Source of the DNA: Microthyrium microscopicum
Taxonomy: Eukaryota
Assembly (NCBI GenBank): GCA_010405405.1
Contig: MU004231.1
Coordinates: forward strand, 1 to 64,000
Length of the DNA: 64,000 nucleotides
Direction: 5' to 3'
Part shown: positions 37,391-49,219 of the stretch, piece by piece
Layout of the letters: every line of letters starts with the position of its first letter
How positions within the stretch are numbered: position 1 is the first letter of the stretch
Notes under the pieces: generated by a model
What the model saw: only the letters and a program-made list of their open reading frames with translations
Database searches by the model: none
Told to the model about the DNA's origin: nothing
Translations under genes and position numbers: made by a program

Positions 37391-40300
37391 CTAAGCCTGG
37401 TCCAAACTCTGATCAAGACACATCTCATAGTAAATGCCTTTGCGATCCAAAAGCTGCGAGTGAGTGCCCGCTTCAACAATCTTACCACCACCAAATACAA
37501 ATATACAGTTACAGTCCCTGACCGTGCTAAGACGATGGGCTACAGCTATCGTAGTAGAGTTCTGAGCCCCATTCTTCAGCGCTTCCTGTACCAACCTCTC
37601 ACTATCTGTGTCCAGCGCAGACGTTGCTTCATCAAGCAGCAGAAGTTTCGGTTGTCGAATCAAAGCGCGAGCAATCGCTATACGCTGTCGTTGGCCACCA
37701 GATAGTTGCGCGCCGCGTGAACCCACTGGCGTATTCAAACCTTCCGGTAAAGATGTGATGAATTCGAAGATATTGGCTTTTCTGCACGCGTCTTCGATTT
37801 CTTGCTCGGAAGCCGCGTGCTCTTTTCCGAGAGCAACGTTGTCACGGATTGTACCTTGATAGAGAGTAGGTTCTTGCTGGACCATGGCGATATTTGAGCG
37901 GTAGGCACGAGGATTGAAATGCTTGATATCCTGGCCGTCGAATTGGATCATGCCCGAGTCTGGATCATAGAATCGCTCAAGTAAAGCAATCATAGTAGTT
38001 TTGCCGCACCCTGATGCTCCCACAAAGGCGAGACTTTGGCCTTGTTCAGCTTTGATGCTGACTCCCCGAAGGACTTTGTAATGTGGGCGGAGTGCATAAG
38101 AGAATGTCAGGTCGGTACAATTGACTTCAGCCGCTGGCCCGTTTCCCATGTCCTTTTCGTGATCAGCGGCATCGGATTGCCTATGCTCTCGCATAGTTGG
38201 CACGATGGAGTGCAGCCAAAGCAGATAGTTCGCTGCCCTCTGTGCCTTGGTGAAACTAGTTGTATACGAGAAGAACTGTGCTGCTCCTTCACCTCCAAAG
38301 ATAACACATACAAAGACGGTAAAGAATTGCGTAGAATTATATTCACCCGTACTCAGCAGACGTGAGCCATACCAGAAGCCGAGTGCCATTGCCAAGAAAG
38401 TGATCGATTGACTACCACTAAACCAAATCATTGTCCACAAAAAGCTCTTGATGGACTGCTTGTTGATGCCTTCGAGTCGTTCTTGATAGCGTTCAAGTAC
38501 GTTTGGTTCGAGCGCAAGGGAAGCTACAGTACGTATAGCAGCTACTGCTTCCGATGCAATAGCTGCACTGGCAGAGAATCTGTCGGCGATCTGATCCTCG
38601 AGTTTACTAGACGGAATGTTAGCCATGTTGACCACATAGCGCTTGAGTTGCAGATTTGAGTAATACATACCTCTCCAAACGTATACGGACGTAACCAAAC
38701 ATGACCATCACCGGCAAAGCTGACAAGGAGATTGTCAAACCTAGCTTCCAGCCAAAAGCAATGGCTACAACGCTGCTGGCGATGATGTTGACGAATATGG
38801 TAATAATTAGGCCGACATTGAAACCAATCAACTCCTGAAGATCTGTAGGTTGAGTCGAAAGTTTTGCCACCAGTGCACCTAGACTGTTCTCGTCTCGATC
38901 GAAAAACTCCATATCCTGGTTCATGAGGTCCTTGAACATTTGCAGCCGGTAAAAGTATGTTGTTTCTTGGCTGATGACACCAGCAGACCAGCCGATGCCA
39001 AAGTATATGAAGAACACTATGATGGCGACTATGAAGAGCATCAAAGCATAAAAGTCACCACGAGATATAGCTTGAGCGGCTGGTAATTGGAAGGCGGTGA
39101 CTGCACGCGCAAAGAGGACTGCTGTTGCTGGATTGACACAACCTCCAAGAGAAGATGTGACAAAGACCGAAAGAAACCAAGGCCAGAGATGAGATTGTTG
39201 CCGGGCAAGGATCCAGAGACATTTGAGTAAGCTGTAATGAAAAGTTCTCTTCTCTGTACCCTCTTCTACGGCGCCGATTGCAGCGTTGGTGTTTGATGTC
39301 TTCAGCCGGAGAAGTTCAGGTCTCGTACCATCTTCGCTGTGGCGTTCTGAGCTACTATCGTCGCCTTCTTGGTTTTGATGAAGGTCTTGCGCTCTAACTA
39401 GGCGAGCATAATCGCCACCTTTAGCAATCAATTCTTCATGTGTGCCTTGCTCAACGATAACACCTTTTGACATAACAGCGATATTGCTGGCCTTTCGTAC
39501 AGTGGAGAGCTTGTGTGCGATGATCAAAGTTGTCCTTGAGGTTGAGACCTTATCAAGTGCCTCTTGTACCATTCTCTCTGCTTTCGGGTCCAGTGCGCTT
39601 GTGGCCTCGTCCAAGAGAAGTACTTTGGGGTCAGAAATGATGCTACGCGCGATCGCAATACGTTGCTTCTGTCCTCCAGATAGTCTTCCAGCACGATCGC
39701 CAACCTGGGTGTCATAGCCATCGGAAAGTCCAGAAATGAAATCATGGGCGAAAGCGGAGATGCAAGCTTCTTGCACAAGCTTCCTCTTATTTGCCTCAGG
39801 CGCAGTGGCATGTTCTGTTCCAACGAGTCCGTATGCAACGTTTTCGAAGACTGTTCCATTGAAAAGAACAGGTTCCTGTTGAACAACTCGAATATTGGTG
39901 CGCAGCCATTGAATGTTCAGTTCGCTAATATCGATTTCGTCAAGCGTGATGCTACCTACCGTAGGTTTGTACCACCGTTCCAGCATTGCAATAACTGTAG
40001 ACTTGCCTGAGCCTGAAGCTCCAACAAGAGCCGTGGTCTTGCCAGTCGGCAATTTCAAATTGATTCCGTTCAGAATAGGAGCGTTTGGTCTTGATGGATA
40101 GTGAAAGCCGAGATCTCGCAGCTCAACTTCGCCTACACATTCCGCTGGAGTCTGGCCAGATGTGGACATTGAGTCGACTTGCGTTTCCCTGTCAATAGTC
40201 TTGAAAAGATCATGGGCGGCCGAGGCTGCTTTGGTGAGGGTCAAGGTCTGTGGTCCAATTTGCGTCAGAGCCGAGGCGGCAACGATGACAGCGAAGATAA

Positions 40301-41310
40301 CGGTGACAACAGACCCGGAAGTTGCGATTTCCCCACTGACATACATATGAATGCCTCGCCAGAAAGCCAGACCATAACCAGCAGTGACGCAAAAGAATTG
40401 GATTGAAAAAAGCACGCCGTAGTTAGGTCTTTTCTTGCGGCCTTCTCGTTTAGCTTCAAGGAGGATTTCATCATACTTGTCAGCTAGACGAGGATGCATC
40501 CAGAATGCGTGAACGTTTCGAATACTGGAGATCACATCTTCCGCAAGAGCGCCGGCTCTGCCGTAGGCATCTAGGATTTTTCCTTCGCATTTCACCTCAA
40601 CGCCAATACAAATTGCTACCACAATCACGATCGTCGGCACAATGCTCAGTGTGATCAGTGTCAGTTTCCATTGCACAGAGAAGGCCTGAATTTGGTTAGC
40701 AGGACTCGACGAAGCAACAGATCATGGGTGTACGTACTACTACGAATGCTGCAACGAACGTTGCAATTCCCTGTACTCCAAGACCAAGCTTTTCAGCAAT
40801 GCCAACATTAACCAGATTTCCGTTCGTTGTAATTTGAACAGCCATGGCACCATTGCTGGCTTGATCGAAGAAAGCAATGTCCTGACGCAAAGCTTGTCGC
40901 AAGAAGTCGATTCGCAATGCCTTGGTAGTCTGTAAAGCTGAGATGTTGACAGCCACGGTCCAAATATACGTCAAACAAAACCTGGCGATGAAGAGATAGA
41001 TGAACCATAATGTCCAACTCGTAGATTGCGAACGAAATTCAGCTGGGGAGAGCTTTCCAGTGCCAAAGTCTGTGAAGGTGGTGACAGTCCTGCCAAAGAC
41101 TAGATTCATCAACGGGAGAAGCGCCCCTGAGATTATGGCTGCCACAAGGGCAATGAAGTTTAGGATCCATCCAGTTCTGTTGGTATATTTGAAGATTCGC
41201 CAATAGCTCGCCCAGCCGGCTTGTTCTTTATCTTTGTCATTGGCGCCGTCATTTGCCTTATCGTTCGCAACGTCGAGAGTGACATCCTTCGAAGGCGCAT
41301 CTGCAGGCAT
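37391..41310 (-). CDS. Full-length ABCB (MDR/P-glycoprotein-type) transporter, about 1267 aa
   Basis: TMD-NBD-TMD-NBD; Walker A GASGSGKST and GASGCGKTT, LSGGQ signatures, LLLDEATSALD. Introns 40686-40737 and 38607-38670 give a 3804-nt CDS. Confidence 0.95.
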
Positions 41311-41624
41311 GATATTCGGGGAAGAAGATGATTCAATTGGTGAGAATTGAATTGGAGAAACAGGAGAAGTTCAACATACATATATAGTACATACTGAAGT
41401 GCGACTACTTTTCACCATGCCACATCGAATAATGGCCACATTTTGCTCGACGTAGAGCTCGATTAAGCTACCTACGCGACAGAGAGGTTGTAACCTTGTC
41501 CAAGATGGGAGCGATGACAGGTTGATGTTCAACTACGTCGATTGATTGGCAGCTTCGGGATTGACGCGTTTGTTGTTGGTGGTGGTCCCCCTGATCGACG
41601 TGCGAGCAGCCGAAAGCTGAGAGC

Positions 41625-41657
41625 TGATTGGCTCCACCGGCCCGCGGCGGCCAATCA
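41625..41657. promoter_or_regulatory. Inverted CCAAT boxes flanking a CGG-rich core in the ABC/TF divergent promoter
   Basis: TGATTGGC (41625-41632) and GCCAATCA (41650-41657) enclose CGGCCCGCGGCGG (41638-41650). Confidence 0.5.
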
Positions 41658-41860
41658 AATACATATCAACGGGTAATCGCCTCGCTTATCATGGTCCTCA
41701 ACTCTCAGCACATCAAGTCCATCTAGACAACGCAAAATCTCAAGAAGAGCGAAGTGTTTTCTCGGAGCTTGAGAGCAGGCTTGGGCAGATCCTCAAGTGT
41801 ACGGCTACCGAGATCTTGGTTGATTTCGAAGCAGGGGACATTAGATATCAGGGTGCCAGA

Positions 41861-44314
41861 ATGCCAGCAGTACGTCCGACGGTATCGTATTGAACCAATG
41901 CTGTAGCTAAGATCATTACCAGTGCGATACCTGCCGACTACGTAAGGTAACGATGTTCCTTCGTGCCCAGATGACACTGTATTGATAGCGTCAGATCCGC
42001 TGTGACAGGCAATCGCCTTGTAACTCTTGCGTATTATCAAAGTTCGATTGCAGTACAAGCTCGAAGCGATCGCGAGGCGCGCGCAAGGTTGATCTTACAC
42101 TCCGTCAAAGGTATGTACTATAGATACATCTTATAGAAATATCTTTGTTTGCAATTTCTAACTATCTACTCATCAGCGGCAATTCTCTACATGTGCTTAA
42201 GCCAAAGACAGCCACTAACACATCCACTGTTCCAAGGCACAACGATCTTAATGGCAGTTCGGCAAAGCGTATCTCGGTTGCGCCGCCAGATCCGTTTAAA
42301 TTACCTAATGTTTCTCTCGTTGCTTCGGAGGGTGTAGAATTCGAAGGTGAATCCTCACTACACGCTCATTCCAAAGCTGCTCAAGATCTTCTGGAACAAA
42401 CCCTTAGCAACCATTCCAATGTCCGTGATAACCCCAAGATGGTTGCCGCTTTGAGGTCGTTGCGCCAAATAGTAGATGCGGACAAGATCGAACCTTCACA
42501 GAAGAAAAACAACTTGGTAAGATTGAGCGGACATCGCCAATCTATTTATGAGCTCCAGTTGCCGCCAACAGAGGCAGTTTTGGACATTCTTCGCAAAGCA
42601 AAAGGTAAGCAAAGCACTTTCGATGTGTCATTTTTTAAACACTTGAGCATGAATAATACTCAAAGTCTCTAGAACGAACCACCTTTGTCTTCAGCCCTCC
42701 TCTCTCATTTATACCTCGTGACCAATTCACCGAACTCTGCAAGAATGTTTTCTTCCGCACGGAGGATTATCCTATCTCCACGGCAGTGATTGTTCATGGA
42801 ACGCTCAACAATCTCTTAAAGGAGTTTGAATGGGCTGAGAAGGATCTCACGCTTCGACAAAAATACAGCGAGTGGGTTAAGCTATGTCGCACAAACCTTG
42901 AGATGAGCATCTCTAGTCTCGATATACTACTTCCAACGACTATGGAGAGTGCTCAAGCCTTAATAATTGCGGCATCTTACTGTATGGAGATTGCTCAAGC
43001 TTCAAGTTGTAAGAAGTTTGTAATACATGGTTGTATGGTTGTTCGATCTTTAGGCTGGCATCGTTCATCATCTACGAAGAACGATAGCGAGCTTCTTCGA
43101 AACCAAAAGCTTTTGATTTTTTGGGTGCTTTATTCGCTAGACAAGTACCTTTCATTGCGATTAGGTCAAGCATCATTCATCCAGGATTATGATATTGATA
43201 TTCCTTCACCTCACATGGCCACATCTGGTCCTCGAACCCCATCAGGCCGCCTGGATATGTGGGTTAGAGCAGGTAGTGTCACCAGCCTCGTTTATGAGAA
43301 ATTGTATTCGCCTGGCTCTTTGGGCCAGACAGATAATATGCGCATTCAGTCCGCTCTACAGCTTCTGAAACAGGTTGAGGAAATAAAACCAACGTTCTAC
43401 GATAAGGTCAGTTTTCTGTTGTAAAGACGACAGTCCATTTCGGAGCATGGCCACTAACTGCAGTTAAGGACAATATTTCACAGCTCATCCAAAATCCGCA
43501 TTCCTCGCCGCCTGCCTTTTTTTATGAGATCAACGATATGCTCTTCAAATCCGACGAGATCACCTACCACGCCCTTCTCTGCATGATCTACCGTGCAACG
43601 CCATCAGGTGCGATGTTGACCTATGACCCGGCTGGTCGGTGCATAGAACATGCTCGCGCCGCATTGGAATGTCATAGATACTGTACAGCTACTTTCAAAT
43701 CTCAGACTGAAGTATGGGCCATGTACTTGCACTGGTGAGTCTCGCAAAAACTTGCTACAATCGTAGCTTATCTTCGTAACAGAGTAGTGACTGATCTCCA
43801 TATAGGACTATTCTGAACACCCCTTTCGGTCACTTTACCACCCTTTTCAGCCATGTACTGAAGACGCACGACCGCTCTGATCTGGAGCGCCTGCAAGATT
43901 TTGCAGCTTCCATGTCCGGATTCTCCTCCTTCACAGCCCGCATATAAAGTCTCCCGAATTGCTTCAGTCTTTGTCAGTGTCGCAATGGTGTATATCGAAT
44001 CAAAGGAGCAAGAAGCCCGAAACGCGTTCAGTGAGTCGCAGCGGCCTTTGTCGCCAAACTCTCATAGCTCCACAAATGCCAATGCCAACGCCTTCCCGCA
44101 CACAACTGCAGACTCGATGCCAGCATATGCGCCAATTGATCCACTTCTAAACGCTCTTGGTTTAGCATATGATCCTTCCTCTAGTGTGAATGGCAGCTCT
44201 GGAACAAACGCCGATTTGGTAAATTGGTTCAATGGCAATCAACAGATCAACGGCCTGTTGGAGGATGATCTGAGCTACCTAGACGATTTTACTCTAAACT
44301 TTTCCAATACATGA
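41861..44314 (+). CDS. Zn(II)2Cys6 fungal transcription factor with apparent frameshift in the last exon
   Basis: Spliced binuclear cluster CDTCRLRK|IRCDRQSPCNSCVLSKFDC (exons 41923-41946 and 41995-42110). Fungal TF middle domain FWVLYSLDKYLSLRLGQ. The start codon is uncertain. The last exon frame stops at 43945-43947 while the plausible C-terminus continues in the +1 frame. Confidence 0.85.
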
Positions 44315-45256
44315 GGCTCAGGGGAAGATACTTCCAACTTTCAGAACCTGTCGACCTCCATAACTGTTCGCATATAAAACACGCCAAGACGAATATGACT
44401 GCATGGTAGACACCGCAGTCGATGGGAAAACGCCGATTGTTTTGCCCGCTTACCTGTTATTGCCGCCAATACCTACCTCTTGATCTTGAACTTTCCATAT
44501 CTACAATTGTAACTCCATTACTAATGCTGTTCGTTCAGGTCAAATTCAACCAATAGAAAGGCGGTTCAAAATGTCTGAATACCCTAGTGACGGCGTATTC
44601 TTGCCACTTTCGCCCGCATCTCGTACTGACCGGGTGCCTTAAAACACCTACCAGGTATGACAAGAGCAAATCGTAACGTTCGCGACAGGGTTTACACCAA
44701 GTATCCACGCGGGCTAGCCCGTCGGGATCCTAGCCGTAAGAGCTATCCAAAAATGGCCAAAGAGACGACAAGACTCATACACCTTTCAGTTGAGACACCA
44801 CACAACCCATCAGGGATCAGTTTCTATGATACTCACTCCTTAGTCAACCAGAACAAGGCCACACGTTATGATGGGGGCAACACGTTCTCCATGAACTGAC
44901 TTTACGGTTCTACTCCCTGGGTCATTGTCGATCATTGATGTATTTGCACTTTGGAACTTTTCCAATTCTTCGTTTGTAGTGTCCTGAAAGCTTTTTCATC
45001 GAATCTTCATATAAGGCAACGACGACTTCGTGCAAGGTATACTCCCGCGTTGCCTTATCTTTCTTCTCTGGTAAGACGCGTGGGAACGTATATTGGGGCC
45101 GAATGAGCACAAGAATTTTTTTCAATGGTGTTATTTCCAAGTCTCAGTCGTTATAAATGTCATCTTCATCTCGTAAAGCATTGCCTCTGCTATCAAAGCC
45201 CTCAAATGTCGAACTTTGAATGTCATGCCTGACAACCAGGCCTGCACGTTTCTCAA

Positions 45257-45269
45257 CGGCCCGCGGCGG
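45257..45269 (+). promoter_or_regulatory. CGG-rich 13-mer identical to the one in the ABC/TF promoter
   Basis: CGGCCCGCGGCGG about 375 bp upstream of the predicted NOS ATG; TATAAA at 45550. Confidence 0.45.
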
Positions 45270-45641
45270 GAGGAACCATAGCCACATGCAGGGTAATAGA
45301 CCTTGAAGGAGGCCAGTTTTGCCTTGCTCGTTTGGTAAGAACATAACCTTATGTTCTAATGTTTGTATTGTATTCGTGTCACTATCATTCGGCTGCTTAC
45401 AAGTATCCCGCGTGAGCTTTCAGGTATACGCAATGTATCAAATATGTGCTCACCAGATTTATGGGAAAGCTACAAGTTACCTAAAACGTGTTGTTGATTT
45501 TTAACATTCAGGTGGCCAAGGATCGTGACTTAGCTCAAAAGCTTATTTGTATAAAGAGTTCTTTGTTCAAGCGCTACAAAGTATTGTAGTCATTCAAATC
45601 AAGTTAATACTTGACTTCACTTCATCATTAGCTCCTTTACA

Positions 45642-48600
45642 ATGGAGAGCTTCGATTCAGACAGTGACACAACACTCCCTTGGGAGCCATCAGCCCTTTT
45701 GGAGGTCTATAACGAGAAGGTGGGCTTGGAGACTTTCACTGTCAAAGGTACGACTTCCTTTTGAGGTGATCTCGTGGGCGCGACCTATGTTTCTACTTGC
45801 AGAAGTCTTAATCATTTGAATGTTGCGCTGTCATGTGGACATATGTTATTCTCCTGCGCGTTCTTTCCAAATACTTCAAACCTCCCAAAACTAACTCATT
45901 CGTAGAACTTTCTTCTGACCATATGGAAACCGCTGAAATCCAAGAAATAAAGATGCCCGATGCGCGTATTGAACAGTACAATGTTCCAACACAACAATCC
46001 TCAGCAGCGCTGGAGTTCGAAAACATCAAAAGACAATGCCCTGTCCTCGCTTCCACTGGCTGCAACGCCGATTTTTGCCAATCAGGCCGCATGCTCCACA
46101 CAGACGAGCCAAGAGTTGGAGAGAACCGACCCATTGAAGTTGTCATGAACGAAGCAGAGCAATTCCTACGAGAAATGCTACAGGGAGGCCTCTTCAGCAC
46201 TATCGATGAATGTGAGGAGCGCATAAGAGTCGTCCACGCGGAAATATGCTCCAACTCACGCCACGGCATCATTCCCGGACAAGAACAGCTTGGATTTGTT
46301 GGAGGAATTTATTACCAGTCCACACAGGAGCTGGAATTTGGTCTGCGGAGATCATGGCGTAATGCGCGAAAGTGTATAATGCGCTCGCAGCACGAAACAC
46401 TTGTGCTGAAAGACCTGAGACACATCACATCCAGTCTGGAGATGGCCAATGAGGTTATCAAAGGTATGCAGGAAGCCTTCAACAAAGGCAGTATTCGGCC
46501 GACGACTTTTGTTTTTCCCGCGCGCACCGTTGACCAACGAGGACCGATGATCATAAGTCAGCAGTTACTCGCTTTCGCCGGCTATAAAATGAATGATGGA
46601 AGCATTCTGGGGGATCCTGCCAATGTTCAGTTGACGAAAGATATTATCGAGCTTGGATGGACACCACCTGAATATAAAACGAGATGGGATCTCTTACCCT
46701 TCGTCACGCTGGCCGAGAACGCAGCACCCGCCATCGTTGAATTGCCATTGAATCTCCAGAAGCTTGTACAAATTCGACATCCTCGATATGAATCCGCCTT
46801 TGAAGACTTGGACCTAAAATGGGTAGCTGCACCAGCTCTAAGCAGACTCGGATTCGATATAGGAGGCGTTCAGTATACAGCAACTCCATTCATCGGCTGG
46901 TTCATGGATGCGGAAATCGGAGTACGGAATCTAGCAGACAGCTTTCGGTATAACGTTCTCCCTGACGTAGTCAAAGCTTTGAAGTTGGAAGGTAGCAAAG
47001 ACTACGATGATATGGACGATCTTCCTGAGTACGAAAAGCTCGCTTTACTCTCAAGAGCACAGGCAGAGCTTACCTACGCTGTCACTTGGTCGTTCCAGAA
47101 CGCGGGAGTCTCCATCTCCGATTCATTCACAGCATCTGCAAACTATATTGAGTTTGACGATGCCTTCAAAGCGAAGCATGGATATCGGCTACCAAGTGAC
47201 CCTTATTGGCTTGCTCCACCACAGGGAAGCATAGTACCAATCTGGCATCGTGGAGGTGCGCCGAATTATCAACCAAAACCACTGATTGCAAAGCATGTCC
47301 TGAATCCGATGAAGGCATGGCGAAGAGAAGTGGCGAGATATGTCAAGGCTGGTACACCAGTGCCCGAGATCATAATCAAGAAGAACTCGTACAGCTCGCC
47401 AGTACGGCAGCTGGCGCCCGTCAGTGCCAAAGCTATTCCCAACCAAATTATCGCACAATCCATTTCCGTGGCAACTTCGATCACAACACAATTCATCAGC
47501 AATAAACTTCAAGGTTTTGAAGCCTTGATGGGTACCGACAGCTGCCATATTGCAATTCATTACTGCACTGCTGGAACGACAGCTCGAAAATTAGCGGATA
47601 AGCTTCACAAGAAGATCGCCATGTACCTTGCAAAGACCACAAGTAAAGTGATCTTACACAACATCGCAACCCTGGACGCCATTGAAGTTGACGAACTTGG
47701 ACCAAATACTCTACTGCTATTAGTAGTAAGTTCGACAGGTTTTGGCGATATTCCAGCAAATGGGCAAGCGTTCTACAACGCCTGCAAGCTTCGAGAGAAC
47801 AGCACCCCAAAGCTGAACTTTAGATTTTCTCTCTTTGGCAATGGCGATAGCAGATATGCAGACTCATATAACGGAGGCGCATTGAAGGTTTTGGAGGCGC
47901 TTAATGGAATTGGAGGCACTTCACTCGGTGGATCTGGCTTCTTTGATGCAGATACTGCCTTGGAACCTGTGCCAACCCAAGCATTGGACCGATGGTTTCA
48001 TGCATTACAACAGCCATATGATGCCGCCTTGGGAGTCAACGGCCAAATGACCATTCATGACAGCAAAGGAAATATCACAATTCCACTCAAGCGAGGATCA
48101 ATAGTTGATCCATGGACACTCTTAGTCCAGCAACTCAAGATTCTGACTGCGCAGTTCGTCCCGGCCACCATCGTCGATATAAAGCGCGGCTCAGAACTGC
48201 CTGGAACTGGTTCCATGATAGTGACGCTTGATGTGGGAGCGACCCCTTGCGTGCATCTGGGCTGCATTCAGGTATTGCCAGTGAATTCGCCAGCAAAAGT
48301 TGAGACAATTCTGAGCTTGCTGAATCTTGATGGAAGCGAATGGCTTGATCTTTCAAAGACCGAGGCAATCATCGGGATTACAAATAAGCGATTCTTTGCG
48401 GAGCTCGTGGATTTGGAGGCACCTTTCTCAGATCTTGCGTGGATATCACAGCTCAAGATTGGCGAAAACATACCAGAAGCATCTATAGATGGACTCGGCT
48501 CTTTCAAAGTGCTCCAATACCTTCAATCGCAAGGCCTATTTCCTGAGTATGTCTCGCAGGAAGTGCGTAAAAATATCATTCTGTCCATGCGTCTGCTCAC

Positions 48601-49219
48601 AGAACGAGTATTCTCCGTGGCCTCTTCGGCACCTGTTCTTCGGCTGAAAGGGTCCCAGAAGCGGACATGCAACGAAGTCGATATTATGGTCAAGTCCGTC
48701 GCCAACGGGCGCTTCAGCGATGCGTTTCTCTCCGCTTGCTCTCTTCCCGTCGCATTACAAGTTCGGAGCATCGAAGCTGCTTGCACGCGTAAACTGACAG
48801 AATGGACTGGGCAAACTCATATGGTCGCTATTGCAACTGGTGCTGGCTTTGGTCCTGTGAGAGCTCTTTTGCAGCGTCAGATTGGGCTTTCTCGGGAGAA
48901 GAGTATGTCCGTCTTTGTCGGCGTCAAAGCATGCGATGTCTCGCTCATATCCGATGTATTGGACGAAGCAGCCATCAGTGGCATCGCCGACGTTGTGGAT
49001 ATTGTGCCAAGCAACGAAAACAAGCTTCGGATTCAGGATAGATTCTTGGAACCTTGTAATCGTCAACATCTGAAGAAGAAGATTGAAGGTGATGGTGCTC
49101 TGGTGTTCATCTGTTCTGGGCAGATCCAAGCGACGGAGATAATTCGCAAGCTAGATGAGGTTGTGGATGGGGAAATAAGAGTAATTCTCGGAGAGCGACT
49201 GATCTTGGAGGTTTATTAG
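45642..49219 (+). CDS. Nitric oxide synthase-like protein (oxygenase + flavodoxin + FAD/NADPH reductase), about 1139 aa
   Basis: TGCNADFCQSGRM (Cx4C), heme motif WRNARKCIMR, QLLAFAGY…GDPAN, PFIGWFMDAEIGVRN, DPYWLAPPQGS, FMN motifs VSSTGFGDIP and FSLFGNGDSRY, FAD motif RVFSVASS, NADPH motif TGAGFGP. Model: exon 45642-45747, phase-1 intron 45748-45905 (GTACGA…CTAAC…TAG), exon 45906-49219. Confidence 0.92.

Noticed and set aside
43914..43936. 23-nt GT…AG mini-intron that might repair the TF frameshift
   Set aside because: Too short, no branch site, and removing it gives the wrong frame.
45833..45905. ORF-track start MWTYVILLRV… as a NOS signal or anchor peptide
   Set aside because: It lies inside a predicted intron (donor 45748, CTAAC 45891, acceptor 45905); the upstream exon from ATG 45642 joins in phase and follows a TATA box.
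45906..49219. NOS call as a mere cytochrome P450 reductase-like flavoprotein
   Set aside because: The N-terminal half carries ordered NOS oxygenase motifs (Cx4C, WRN…C, AGY…GDPA, PF.GW.M..EIG.RN, W..PP), which CPR-type proteins lack.
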